From positions 90,892 through 154,891 of the forward strand of contig JAYZBQ010000015.1 in assembly GCA_036338695.1 (NCBI GenBank): a DNA stretch of 64,000 nt, given 5' to 3'. Below, one piece after another: positions 54,112 through 62,415 of the stretch (positions within the stretch are counted from its first letter, which is position 1; each line of letters opens with the position of its first letter). The translations under genes and the position numbers were made by a program. Under the pieces are notes generated by a model that was not told the origin of the DNA, searched no databases, and saw only the letters and a program-made list of their open reading frames with translations. Origin of the DNA: Myxococcota bacterium. GTDB lineage: Bacteria; Myxococcota; UBA4151.

Positions 54112-55067
54112 GATGACGTCTCCACGCCGGACTGAGCGGCGAGAGGGTGATCGGTCAGTTCCAAGAAGATCTGCTCAAGGCTGAGGCGCTCGGCGGCGAG
54201 CTGGGCGATCGGCCAGTCCCGTTCGCGCAGGACCTCGTTGATGCTCTGCCAGACCTCACGCTCGGGCGCGTGCTCGAGGATCAGCGTGGCACGCCCCGCC
54301 TCGTCTTTGCTCAGCCGGACGTTGGTGACGCCGTCGATCGACTGCACGGCGCTGGCGAGCTCGGCTGCCGGCGCAGCCGCCTCGAGGGTCCACCGGTTGT
54401 TCGGGCGTACGCGCCGCTGCAGCTCTTCGAGCGTGCCGTCGGCGATCAGGTTACCCTGGTTGATGATGATCACGCGGTCCGTGTTGGCGCTCACCTCGCT
54501 GAGGATGTGGCTCGAGAGCAGGATGGTCTTCTCTTGAGCGAGCTGCGCAATCAGATCTCGCATCGCCAAGGTCTGGATCGGGTCAAGCCCCGAGGTGGGT
54601 TCATCGAGGATCAGCACCTTCGGGTCGTGCAGCAGCGCCTGAGCCAGCCCGACGCGCTGCTTGAAGCCTTTGGAGAGCTCGATGATCGGTCGCTTGAAGA
54701 CGGGCTCGAGCCCGCAGGCTTCAACCACCCAATCGACCCGCTTCTGGGCCTCTTGGACACCGCGCACCGAGGCGATGAACTTGAGGTATTCGTCCGCCTG
54801 CATCTCGGGGTAAACAGGGGTCAACTCGGGGAGATAGCCAAGCTGTTCGCGCACCTCAAGCGGTGACTCGGCAGTGTCCTTGCCGCCGACGGTGATCGAT
54901 CCCTTGGTCGGCTGCAGATACGTCGTGATCAGGCGCATGGTTGTCGACTTACCGGCGCCGTTGGGGCCGAGCAAGCCGACGGTGCCCGGTCCGCTGAGTT
55001 CAAAGCTGATGTCGTCGACGGCTACCGTCGAGCCGAAGTGCATCGAGACCCCATCAAGTCGGATCAT
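54108..55067 (-). CDS. ABC transporter ATP-binding protein (GldA-like)
   Basis: Motifs GPNGAGKST, LSKGFKQR, ILDEPT and SSH. Confidence 0.93.
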   Translation of the reverse strand: MIRLDGVSMHFGSTVAVDDISFELSGPGTVGLLGPNGAGKSTTMRLITTYLQPTKGSITVGGKDTAESPLEVREQLGYLPELTPVYPEMQADEYLKFIASVRGVQEAQKRVDWVVEACGLEPVFKRPIIELSKGFKQRVGLAQALLHDPKVLILDEPTSGLDPIQTLAMRDLIAQLAQEKTILLSSHILSEVSANTDRVIIINQGNLIADGTLEELQRRVRPNNRWTLEAAAPAAELASAVQSIDGVTNVRLSKDEAGRATLILEHAPEREVWQSINEVLRERDWPIAQLAAERLSLEQIFLELTDHPLAAQSGVETSS

Positions 55068-55249
55068 CCTCGCGTTCTCCTTTTTGTTGCTCACAGGGTA
55101 CAACGTACGCCTGCGGGGCTGCCCTATTCCCGAATTTTACAAAGATGTTAAGCGGGTTGTGCGAGCCGAGTCGGAGCGCGCCGCTTGCCTTCTCTTAGAA
55201 AACCGATCAAATCGCTGTTGAGGCGTCAGCCGCAGCCTTTGGAGCGTCA

Positions 55250-56467
55250 GTGGATCGATTTCAATGGGACCTCGGGCGAGAGCTGCCCGGCGATCGGGAC
55301 CTCGCCTTAGATGGAGATGGCCTTACGGGCTGTCAGATCGCGTTGCTGGTCTGCGGCGGGATCGCCGCTTATCGCTCGCCCGACCTCATCCGCGCCCTTC
55401 GAAGGCAGGGCGCTCAGGTCCAGGTCTACGTCACACCCGAGGCGCTCAAGTTTGTCACGCGAGAGGTGCTTGAGTGGTGCAGCCTCTCGCCGGTCATCGA
55501 GACGCTCGATGGCAGAGCGCAGCATATCGAGGACGCCCGCAACGTCGACCTCTACCTGCTGGCGCCGGCTACCTATTCGACGTTGAACAAGTTCGCCCTT
55601 GGTGTAGCGGACAACGCCGTGACCAGCACGCTCGCCAGCGCGCTCGGTCGCCTCGAGCGGGGGGCCTGCGCTGTTCAGGTCGTGCCGACGATGCACGGCA
55701 CCATGGTTAATGAGGTGTTGCGTGCGAGCCTTGCGCGTCTCGCTGACCTCGGGGTGGAGGTCGTCCCGCCACGTCTGGGCGCCGGTAAGGCGAACATCCC
55801 AGCCGTTGAGGAGCTCGTGGCGCGAGCTCAGCGAGCGCTAGCGGGTCGAGGTGGGCGCCCCTCGCTGACTGGCCGACGAGTCTTCGTGACTGGCGGTCCC
55901 ACCCCCGTCGCTGTGGACGATGTCCGCATCCTGACCAATCGGTACAGCGGGCGCACAGCGGTGGCGATCGCTGAAGCCTTCTGGCGGGCTGGCGCCGATG
56001 TGGAATTGCTGCTCAGCGGGACCCAGATCGAGAGCCCGTCGACGCTCCCGACGCGGCGCGTCGCAGACTACGACGCGTACCGGACGGCGTGCCTTGAGAC
56101 GAGCGCCGACTTGGCGATCTTCTCGGCTGCGGTCGCCGACTATCGACCGCTCCAGCAGCAGCCGGGAAAGCTGGGCAGCGGGCAACCCGAACTCACGCTT
56201 ACGCTCAAGCCGACGCAGAAGGTCGTCGAGCTTTGGCGCCAGGCGCACCCTGAAGGCGAGCTCATCAGTTTTAAGCTGGAGTCCGGCTTGAGCGATGAGG
56301 CGCTCGTCGCCGTCGCACGAGACCGAGTGGGCGACCACAGCGACCTCGTGGTGGCGAATCATGCGCAGGGCGGGGAGCTCTTCTTGGTGAGCGCAGGGGG
56401 CGTGGCGCGTTGTGCGCGGTCCGACTTAGGTGCCGCGCTGGTGCGATGGTACGCCGAGCGTCTGTAG
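55250..56467 (+). CDS. coaBC: Bifunctional phosphopantothenoylcysteine decarboxylase/synthetase
   Basis: Motifs GGIAAY, HIE, APAT, TGGPT..DDVR.LTN..SG, AAVADY and FKLE. Confidence 0.88.
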   Translation: MDRFQWDLGRELPGDRDLALDGDGLTGCQIALLVCGGIAAYRSPDLIRALRRQGAQVQVYVTPEALKFVTREVLEWCSLSPVIETLDGRAQHIEDARNVDLYLLAPATYSTLNKFALGVADNAVTSTLASALGRLERGACAVQVVPTMHGTMVNEVLRASLARLADLGVEVVPPRLGAGKANIPAVEELVARAQRALAGRGGRPSLTGRRVFVTGGPTPVAVDDVRILTNRYSGRTAVAIAEAFWRAGADVELLLSGTQIESPSTLPTRRVADYDAYRTACLETSADLAIFSAAVADYRPLQQQPGKLGSGQPELTLTLKPTQKVVELWRQAHPEGELISFKLESGLSDEALVAVARDRVGDHSDLVVANHAQGGELFLVSAGGVARCARSDLGAALVRWYAERL

Positions 56468-57004
56468 ACGCCGAACGGCGCGCAGGACGCTGGCGTCGCT
56501 GGCACGCTCATTGATGCGATCGAGCGAGACGTAGGCGAGGTCGAGCACGCCATCGCCGGCTTGCGCAGACGTCGTCGTGCAGCGGAACAGGTAGCGAACA
56601 TCGTAGTGCAGGTGCGCCGGCTCGTCTCGGCGCGCCGGGATCTCATGGACGTCGATGTCAAACGGAGCGTCACCCAAGAGCTCGAGCTCATGGCGCTCGA
56701 GCGCACACTCTTCCATCGCCTCTCGATAGGCAGCCTCGACCAAGCTTGGGTCGCCAGCCTCGACGTGACCTCCGGGTTGCAGCCAGCGCTCGAGCTTCGC
56801 GTGGTAGATGAGCAGCAGCGCAGAGCGATCCGGCGACAGGATAAAGGCAGAGGCGGTGAAGTGCCCGGGCTCGAATTGATGCCGGGCGAACGGGGCGGGG
56901 GTTTGGCAGAGCTCGAGCATCTGCAGGCGGTAAGTCTGTTCGGGCTCGCTGGCGGGTTCAAGTCGCTCGAGCAGACGCTGCGTCGCCTCAGCGCTTGGCA
57001 TCAT
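56426..57004 (-). CDS. NUDIX hydrolase
   Basis: GHFTASA, H.KL.RWLQPGGH, Nudix box GGHVE......EAAYREAMEE and H.HYDVRY. Confidence 0.9.
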   Translation of the reverse strand: MMPSAEATQRLLERLEPASEPEQTYRLQMLELCQTPAPFARHQFEPGHFTASAFILSPDRSALLLIYHAKLERWLQPGGHVEAGDPSLVEAAYREAMEECALERHELELLGDAPFDIDVHEIPARRDEPAHLHYDVRYLFRCTTTSAQAGDGVLDLAYVSLDRINERASDASVLRAVRRLQTLGVPSHQRGT

Positions 57005-58751
57005 CGCTCGCTGGGGCCAGCGCACCCGCGACCCCCTCGCCGCGCGGATCGGCGGCCGCCTCAAGCAGTCCGTCTGGAGCGACCAGCACGCCGTGTGCGT
57101 TGCCGATGCTCGGGCGCGCTTTGACGCAGTGTCCCTTCGCTTTGAGGGCGCCGCTGAGCGCGCTGAGTTGATCCGCTCGATCGACGAGGACGCAGTCGGG
57201 CAGCCACTGGTGGTGAAGCCGTGGCTGGGCGATCGCTTGAGCGAGCGTCATCCCGCGATCCACCACGTGCAAGAGGATCTGCAGAACCGTGGTGATGATG
57301 GTCGAGCCGCCGGGGCTGCCGATGACCAGCTTGAGGCGCTGATCAGGACCGAGCACCAGCGTCGGTGTCATGGACGACAGGGGTGTTTTGCCTGGCTCGA
57401 TCGCGTTGGCTTCACCGCCCACCAAACCATAGGCGTTGGGGGTTCCTGGAGCGATCGAGAAGTCATCCATCTCATCGTTGAGCAAGACGCCGGTACCGGG
57501 CGGAATGACCGCTGCGCCGAAGCCATAGTTGATCGTAAAGGTCATCGAGACGGCGTTGCCGAAGCGGTCGACCACCGACAGATGGGTGGTGGACTCGCTC
57601 TCGGTCGGCGCCGCCGGTTTTGCCGGTTTGGCGCCCTCTGGTTGCGGGTTGTTGAGCTGATCCGAAGGGGTCGCCCGATCCGTGATGGTGCTTGCCAGCG
57701 CATCGAGGTGGGCGGCGCTCAAGAGGCCTTCGACAGGGACCGGGTAGAAGTCCGGGTCGCCCAGATGGCGAGCGCGATCTTGATAAGCTCGCCGCATGAT
57801 CTCAATGCGCCGGTGGATGAAGTCGGCGCTGTACGGGTCGCTCGGAACCTCGCCTCGCTCGATCAAGCGGAGCATCTGAGCCAGGTGAACACCGCCTGAG
57901 CTCGGGGGCGGAAAGGAGACCACCTGGTGCCCTCGGTACGCCGTTTTGACGGGCTGGCGCCACTGGACGCGATACTGCGCGAAATCAGCCGGCGTCAGCG
58001 CACCTCCGCCTGCGTCCGTGGCGGCGGCGATGCGTTGAGCCGTCAGACCGTGACGCCAGTCATCGGCGCCTTGTTGCGCCAAGCGATCCAGCGTCTCTGC
58101 CAGATCGCTCTGCACCAGCGTGGAGCCGACTGCGAGCGCTTTACCTGCGGGCAAAAACAGGCGGCTCGCCTCTGGGTCCTGAGCCAGCGCTGCACGCCGA
58201 GCCTGGATGCGTTGGTTCAAGAGCGGGCTCACCTTGAACCCTTTGGCAGCGAGCGCAGTCGCTGGCTTGACCAGCTCTGCCCAGGGGATCGTGCCGCGCC
58301 CTTGGAGCTTGAGGCCGTAGAGCGCCTCGAGCCCCGCCGCCGTCCCAGGCGTTGCGACCGCGAGCCAGCCGTCGAGCGAGGCGCGCTTTTGGGGGGCGCC
58401 TTGGGCGTCGAGATACATGGTACGCGTCGCCGCTTGAGGTGCCCGCTCGCGGAAATCGAGCGCCACCTGCTCGTTGGTTGCGGCGTTGTGCACGACGGCG
58501 AAGCCGCCGCCCCCGAGGCCGGCGCTGTACGGCTCTGCAACACCGAGCACCAACGCTGCGGTGATCGCTGCGTCGGCTGCGGTGCCGCCGCGCTCGAGCA
58601 CCTCGAGCGCCGCCTGCGTCGCAAAACGGTTCGCAGTCGCTACGGCGCCAGCCGTACCGGTCGCCTGCAGGCGCGGCGCGGAGGCGCTGGTGTGGGGCTG
58701 AGGGGCTGTCGTGGCGCAGCCGAAGAGGAGTAGCAGCAGGGCGCGATGCAT
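56988..58751 (-). CDS. ggt: Gamma-glutamyltransferase, lipoprotein
   Basis: Lipobox LFGC. Motifs GLGGGGF, DFRE.AP, the TTHLSVVD nucleophile, LNDEMDDF, PLSSM and GSPGG. Confidence 0.95.
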   Translation of the reverse strand: MHRALLLLLFGCATTAPQPHTSASAPRLQATGTAGAVATANRFATQAALEVLERGGTAADAAITAALVLGVAEPYSAGLGGGGFAVVHNAATNEQVALDFRERAPQAATRTMYLDAQGAPQKRASLDGWLAVATPGTAAGLEALYGLKLQGRGTIPWAELVKPATALAAKGFKVSPLLNQRIQARRAALAQDPEASRLFLPAGKALAVGSTLVQSDLAETLDRLAQQGADDWRHGLTAQRIAAATDAGGGALTPADFAQYRVQWRQPVKTAYRGHQVVSFPPPSSGGVHLAQMLRLIERGEVPSDPYSADFIHRRIEIMRRAYQDRARHLGDPDFYPVPVEGLLSAAHLDALASTITDRATPSDQLNNPQPEGAKPAKPAAPTESESTTHLSVVDRFGNAVSMTFTINYGFGAAVIPPGTGVLLNDEMDDFSIAPGTPNAYGLVGGEANAIEPGKTPLSSMTPTLVLGPDQRLKLVIGSPGGSTIITTVLQILLHVVDRGMTLAQAIAQPRLHHQWLPDCVLVDRADQLSALSGALKAKGHCVKARPSIGNAHGVLVAPDGLLEAAADPRGEGVAGALAPASDDAKR

Positions 58752-59185
58752 CAGGAGCGCTCCATCGGTAGGTGGGGGATGTCTGCCTCGTCAAAGCCAG
58801 GGCCGCAAACACGCCAGCCGATAGCCGAGTACCAATCGGCGAGGTAGGCTTGAGCGTGCATAAACCCCGGCCGATCGCCGAGAAGCCGGTGAATTTCGGT
58901 CATGAGCTGTCCGCCCAAGCCCTGTCGCTGCCGGTGCGTGTCAACGGCGATACGACCGATTTTGACGGGGTTCGCGTCCCATTTGAGCCGGGCGTAGGCG
59001 ACAAGGGTTTGTCCTTGAAAAGCGAGCAGGTGGTGCCAGTCGGGGTCCTCGCCGTCGATCTCTGAGAGCGCCGTGATCTTCTGCCCGACGACGAAGACCC
59101 GATCGCGCAGCCACAGCAGCTCGTAGAGCTCGTCCTTGGACAGCTCAGAGTAGCTTTTGAAACGAAAGGTCAGGGGCGTGGTCAT
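58751..59185 (-). CDS. ElaA-like GNAT N-acetyltransferase
   Basis: Motifs LYELL.LR..VFVV.Q, IGRIAV, R.QGLG, HAQ.YL and DIPH..M. Confidence 0.88.
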   Translation of the reverse strand: MTTPLTFRFKSYSELSKDELYELLWLRDRVFVVGQKITALSEIDGEDPDWHHLLAFQGQTLVAYARLKWDANPVKIGRIAVDTHRQRQGLGGQLMTEIHRLLGDRPGFMHAQAYLADWYSAIGWRVCGPGFDEADIPHLPMERS

Positions 59186-59287
59186 GGCGCCACCCTAGGA
59201 AAACCATAGACGCCCGACCACCAAAACCTTGTTGCGGTCGACAGGCGGAGGCTCTCGCCCTAAGGAGCGGGCATGAGGAGCCCCTAC

Positions 59288-59761
59288 ATGCGTATCGTTT
59301 TCGTGTGCCTTGGAAACATCTGCCGCTCACCGCTCGCCGAAGGGGTGATGCGTCATCTGGTCTCGGCGGCTGGACTCAGCGATCGGGTATCGATCGACTC
59401 TGCCGGCACCGGCGCGTGGCACGCTGGCGAGCCGCCCGACCCGCGCTCGGTGGAGGCGGCGAGTCGCCACGGGGTCTCGCTCGAGGGGCAGCGGGCGCGT
59501 CAGGTCGCCGACAGCGACTATACAGACGCTGACTGGTTGTTGGCGATGGATGCGAGTAACCTGGCGACCCTGACACGCCGGGCGCCTACGCGTGGGGTGC
59601 GGGCTCGGGTCGAGCTGCTCAACGGTGCGCCGCGTGGCGCAGGTGAGGACGTGCCGGACCCTTACTATGGCGGCGATGAAGGCTTCGAGCAGGTCTATGC
59701 GATGGTCCTTCGCGCCTGCGAGCGGCTGCTCGTTCAAGTTCAAGAGGAGGTGGCGCCATGA
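59288..59761 (+). CDS. Low molecular weight protein-tyrosine phosphatase
   Basis: Motifs CLGNICRS, DSAGT and VPDPYYG. Confidence 0.95.
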   Translation: MRIVFVCLGNICRSPLAEGVMRHLVSAAGLSDRVSIDSAGTGAWHAGEPPDPRSVEAASRHGVSLEGQRARQVADSDYTDADWLLAMDASNLATLTRRAPTRGVRARVELLNGAPRGAGEDVPDPYYGGDEGFEQVYAMVLRACERLLVQVQEEVAP

Positions 59762-60576
59762 GCCTCGGGATCAAAGCGCTCAGTCTGGTTCCCAAAAATA
59801 CCGTCTCTCGACTTGCGGGTGCGTTTAGTCGCTCCGGGGTCTCGCGTGCGGTCATCCCCATGTTCGTTCGTAACTACGGCATCGACATGGACGAAGCGGA
59901 GGTCCCCGCCGAGGGCTTTGCGACGCTGCATGAGCTGTTCACTCGTCCGCTCAAAGCGGGCGCACGGACGATCGCTGACGCCGCGATCGTGAGCCCGGCT
60001 GACGGCAAAGTCGCCCGCTGCGGCGAGGTCACGGCCGGGACGATGGTGCAGGCTAAGGGCAAAGAGTATTCGATGGTGGAGTTGCTTGGCGAGGCCTTCT
60101 CGCCGAGCGAGGATGCGTCCGATTACGCCTACGCGACCATCTACCTCTCGCCGACCGATTACCACCGCGTGCACAGCCCCGCCGAGCTCTGGGTGGAGTC
60201 GGTCTACGCTGTCCCGGGGACGCTCTGGCCGGTCAACCCGATGAGCGTGAATCAGGTGGATCGACTGTTTTGTATCAACGAGCGCGCCACGCTGCGCTGC
60301 AGGACCGCTGAGGGGCATCGGGTCTGGGTTGTTCTCGTGGGTGCCACGATCGTGGGCGGGATCCGGCTCGCCTTCGAGCCATCGTACGGCAGCAACCTGC
60401 CCAGTCGAGGAGCGACGGAGCGCTACGTGTATGAGGAACCTGTAGCGCTGGCTGCGGGCGCACCGCTCGGGCATTTTGAGTTCGGTTCGACCGTCATCAT
60501 GGTGTGGGACCGCGGCCTTGGCGACATCGCCATGGAACAGGGGCGCCCGGTAAAGGTGGGCGAAGCCCTCGTCTAG
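59758..60576 (+). CDS. psd: Phosphatidylserine decarboxylase proenzyme
   Basis: Motifs F.R.LK, SPADG, YLSPTDYHRVH, NER and the FGST cleavage motif. Confidence 0.93.
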   Translation: MSLGIKALSLVPKNTVSRLAGAFSRSGVSRAVIPMFVRNYGIDMDEAEVPAEGFATLHELFTRPLKAGARTIADAAIVSPADGKVARCGEVTAGTMVQAKGKEYSMVELLGEAFSPSEDASDYAYATIYLSPTDYHRVHSPAELWVESVYAVPGTLWPVNPMSVNQVDRLFCINERATLRCRTAEGHRVWVVLVGATIVGGIRLAFEPSYGSNLPSRGATERYVYEEPVALAAGAPLGHFEFGSTVIMVWDRGLGDIAMEQGRPVKVGEALV

Positions 60577-62405
60577 CGCGCCATCCCTCGCCACTTCTGA
60601 GCGGCTGCGTCGAACCGGTAGAGCCGACCCGCCTTGTTGAAGACGAGCAGGTCGACCCCGACGGCGCGCAGCGCCACGGCGTCGCCGTCTCGGTCGATGT
60701 AGCGGCCCAGGTCGCCTGAATAGACGTGGCGCCTGCCGTCGAGGCCGAACCAATGCGGTCCACGCGCCGTCACCTGGAGCACGTGCTGCGCCACCGGTTG
60801 GCCATTGTTAAGCCAGTTATCTTGGTGGAAGATAAAGAGGTCCCGCTCCTTGTCGAGCATGTAGAGGTAGCCTTCGGTCGCCAGCAGGTGCCCGCTCACC
60901 GGCGCCTTCCCGAGCTTGACGGTCTGGTCGTCGCTCATGGCGTAGACGCGGCCGTCCGCTGCCAGCCAGTAGATCACGCCTCGACTGGCTTGGACGTCCA
61001 CGACCTCACCCACGTTGTGCACGGGCTGCGGACCATCGCCCGCCGTCCACTCGTAGAGCTTCCGGTCGCTGCTGACGAAGTACACCTGACCGCTTTGATC
61101 ATCGACTGCATAAGCGGTCGCTTGCACTGCGCGACGGTAGCCGATGGTGTCGCGCACCCACAGGTCACCGTCTGGGTCATGGAGTACCTTAGGCCAGTGC
61201 AGCTCAAGCAGCTTGGGCAGGCGCTCGCGGGTTTTGGCGTCGAGGTTTTCCATGGCAGCGGCGAGGCCTTGGTTAATCCAGGCTCCGGGGACGCGGTGCA
61301 GGAAGCCGGCGCGCCCATGGGTCACCGTGGCGGCGAGGACATCGCAGGCTGCTCGCAGGGCGAGCTCGCGTTTTCCCGTGCGAGACCAGACCGCCACGGC
61401 GCCGACCAGTAGATCGGTCAGGAGCTCAGAGTCTGAGGCGTTCTCGAGGGTGAGCTGTCCATCGACGCTCAGCACCTCGGTGGCGCCGCCGTCGTCACTG
61501 AGGAACCCTCGCACTAAGCTCGCAGGCAGGGCGAAGCCAAGGCCGCCGTAGGCGACGTTGCGTTCGCCCCGCCGCTCGGTGCGGTTGCGCACGAAGGTGT
61601 TGATCCCGACGACCTGCCCTTGCCGGTTGAGGAGAGGCCCCCCTGAGTTGCCCGGATTGATCGGGGCTTGGTGTTGGATCAACCCCTTGCGCATCCCGCT
61701 GACAGCGCCGCTGGTGAGGCTCCATTGCAAGCCGTCTGGATTGCCGAGCGCAATGACCTCTTGCCCAACCCGTAAGCCGCGTTCATCGCCGAGCTCTAGG
61801 TGCGGGTAGGGGGCTTTGTCCGGGGTGAGCTTGAGCAGGCCCAGGTCGAGCTTGCGGTGGACCTTGATAAGCTGCGCAGGCAGCGCGTTGTCTTTGTTTT
61901 CTTTAAGGAACGCTTTAAGGTCGCCCGCCTCAGGGCTCGGCGCGCTGAGCTGACGCAAAAAGACTGAGATCTGACCGCCACGCGCCACATCGCTGACCAC
62001 ATGGCGATTGGTCACGGCGAGGCCCTCTGGATCGACGATCACGCCCGAGCCGATACTCGTCGAGTTGCCCCGGCGCACCACGATAAAGATGGTCGCCGGC
62101 ACGGCGCGTTCAAAGACCTGCTGTCGGCTCAAGCCGGTGTCGGCGCCCGGCTCATGGGTTAGTCCGCGAAAGTCAAAGACCGGCTGTCGCTCGCTTGAGC
62201 GCAGCGTAATGTCGAGTGGCGGATGCGTTCCGCAGCGCGTCGAGACGGTCCCAAGCTCGAGCTGTACGCTCGCTTGCCCGACGCCGCGCAGGTCGCCTGC
62301 GACGAACACCTTGTCGCCATCAGGGCAGCGAATCGTCGCTTGCACCGTGGTCGTTGCGCAGCCGAGGAGCGCCCAACTCAACACGATGAGGTGGCGGGCG
62401 ATCAT
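60573..62405 (-). CDS. Trypsin-like (S1C) serine protease lipoprotein without PDZ, with a C-terminal beta-repeat domain
   Basis: Lipobox LLGC. Triad motifs TNRHV, LDLGLL and INPGNSGGPL. Confidence 0.85.
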   Translation of the reverse strand: MIARHLIVLSWALLGCATTTVQATIRCPDGDKVFVAGDLRGVGQASVQLELGTVSTRCGTHPPLDITLRSSERQPVFDFRGLTHEPGADTGLSRQQVFERAVPATIFIVVRRGNSTSIGSGVIVDPEGLAVTNRHVVSDVARGGQISVFLRQLSAPSPEAGDLKAFLKENKDNALPAQLIKVHRKLDLGLLKLTPDKAPYPHLELGDERGLRVGQEVIALGNPDGLQWSLTSGAVSGMRKGLIQHQAPINPGNSGGPLLNRQGQVVGINTFVRNRTERRGERNVAYGGLGFALPASLVRGFLSDDGGATEVLSVDGQLTLENASDSELLTDLLVGAVAVWSRTGKRELALRAACDVLAATVTHGRAGFLHRVPGAWINQGLAAAMENLDAKTRERLPKLLELHWPKVLHDPDGDLWVRDTIGYRRAVQATAYAVDDQSGQVYFVSSDRKLYEWTAGDGPQPVHNVGEVVDVQASRGVIYWLAADGRVYAMSDDQTVKLGKAPVSGHLLATEGYLYMLDKERDLFIFHQDNWLNNGQPVAQHVLQVTARGPHWFGLDGRRHVYSGDLGRYIDRDGDAVALRAVGVDLLVFNKAGRLYRFDAAAQKWRGMAR

Positions 62406-62415
62406 GGGGCTCCGT

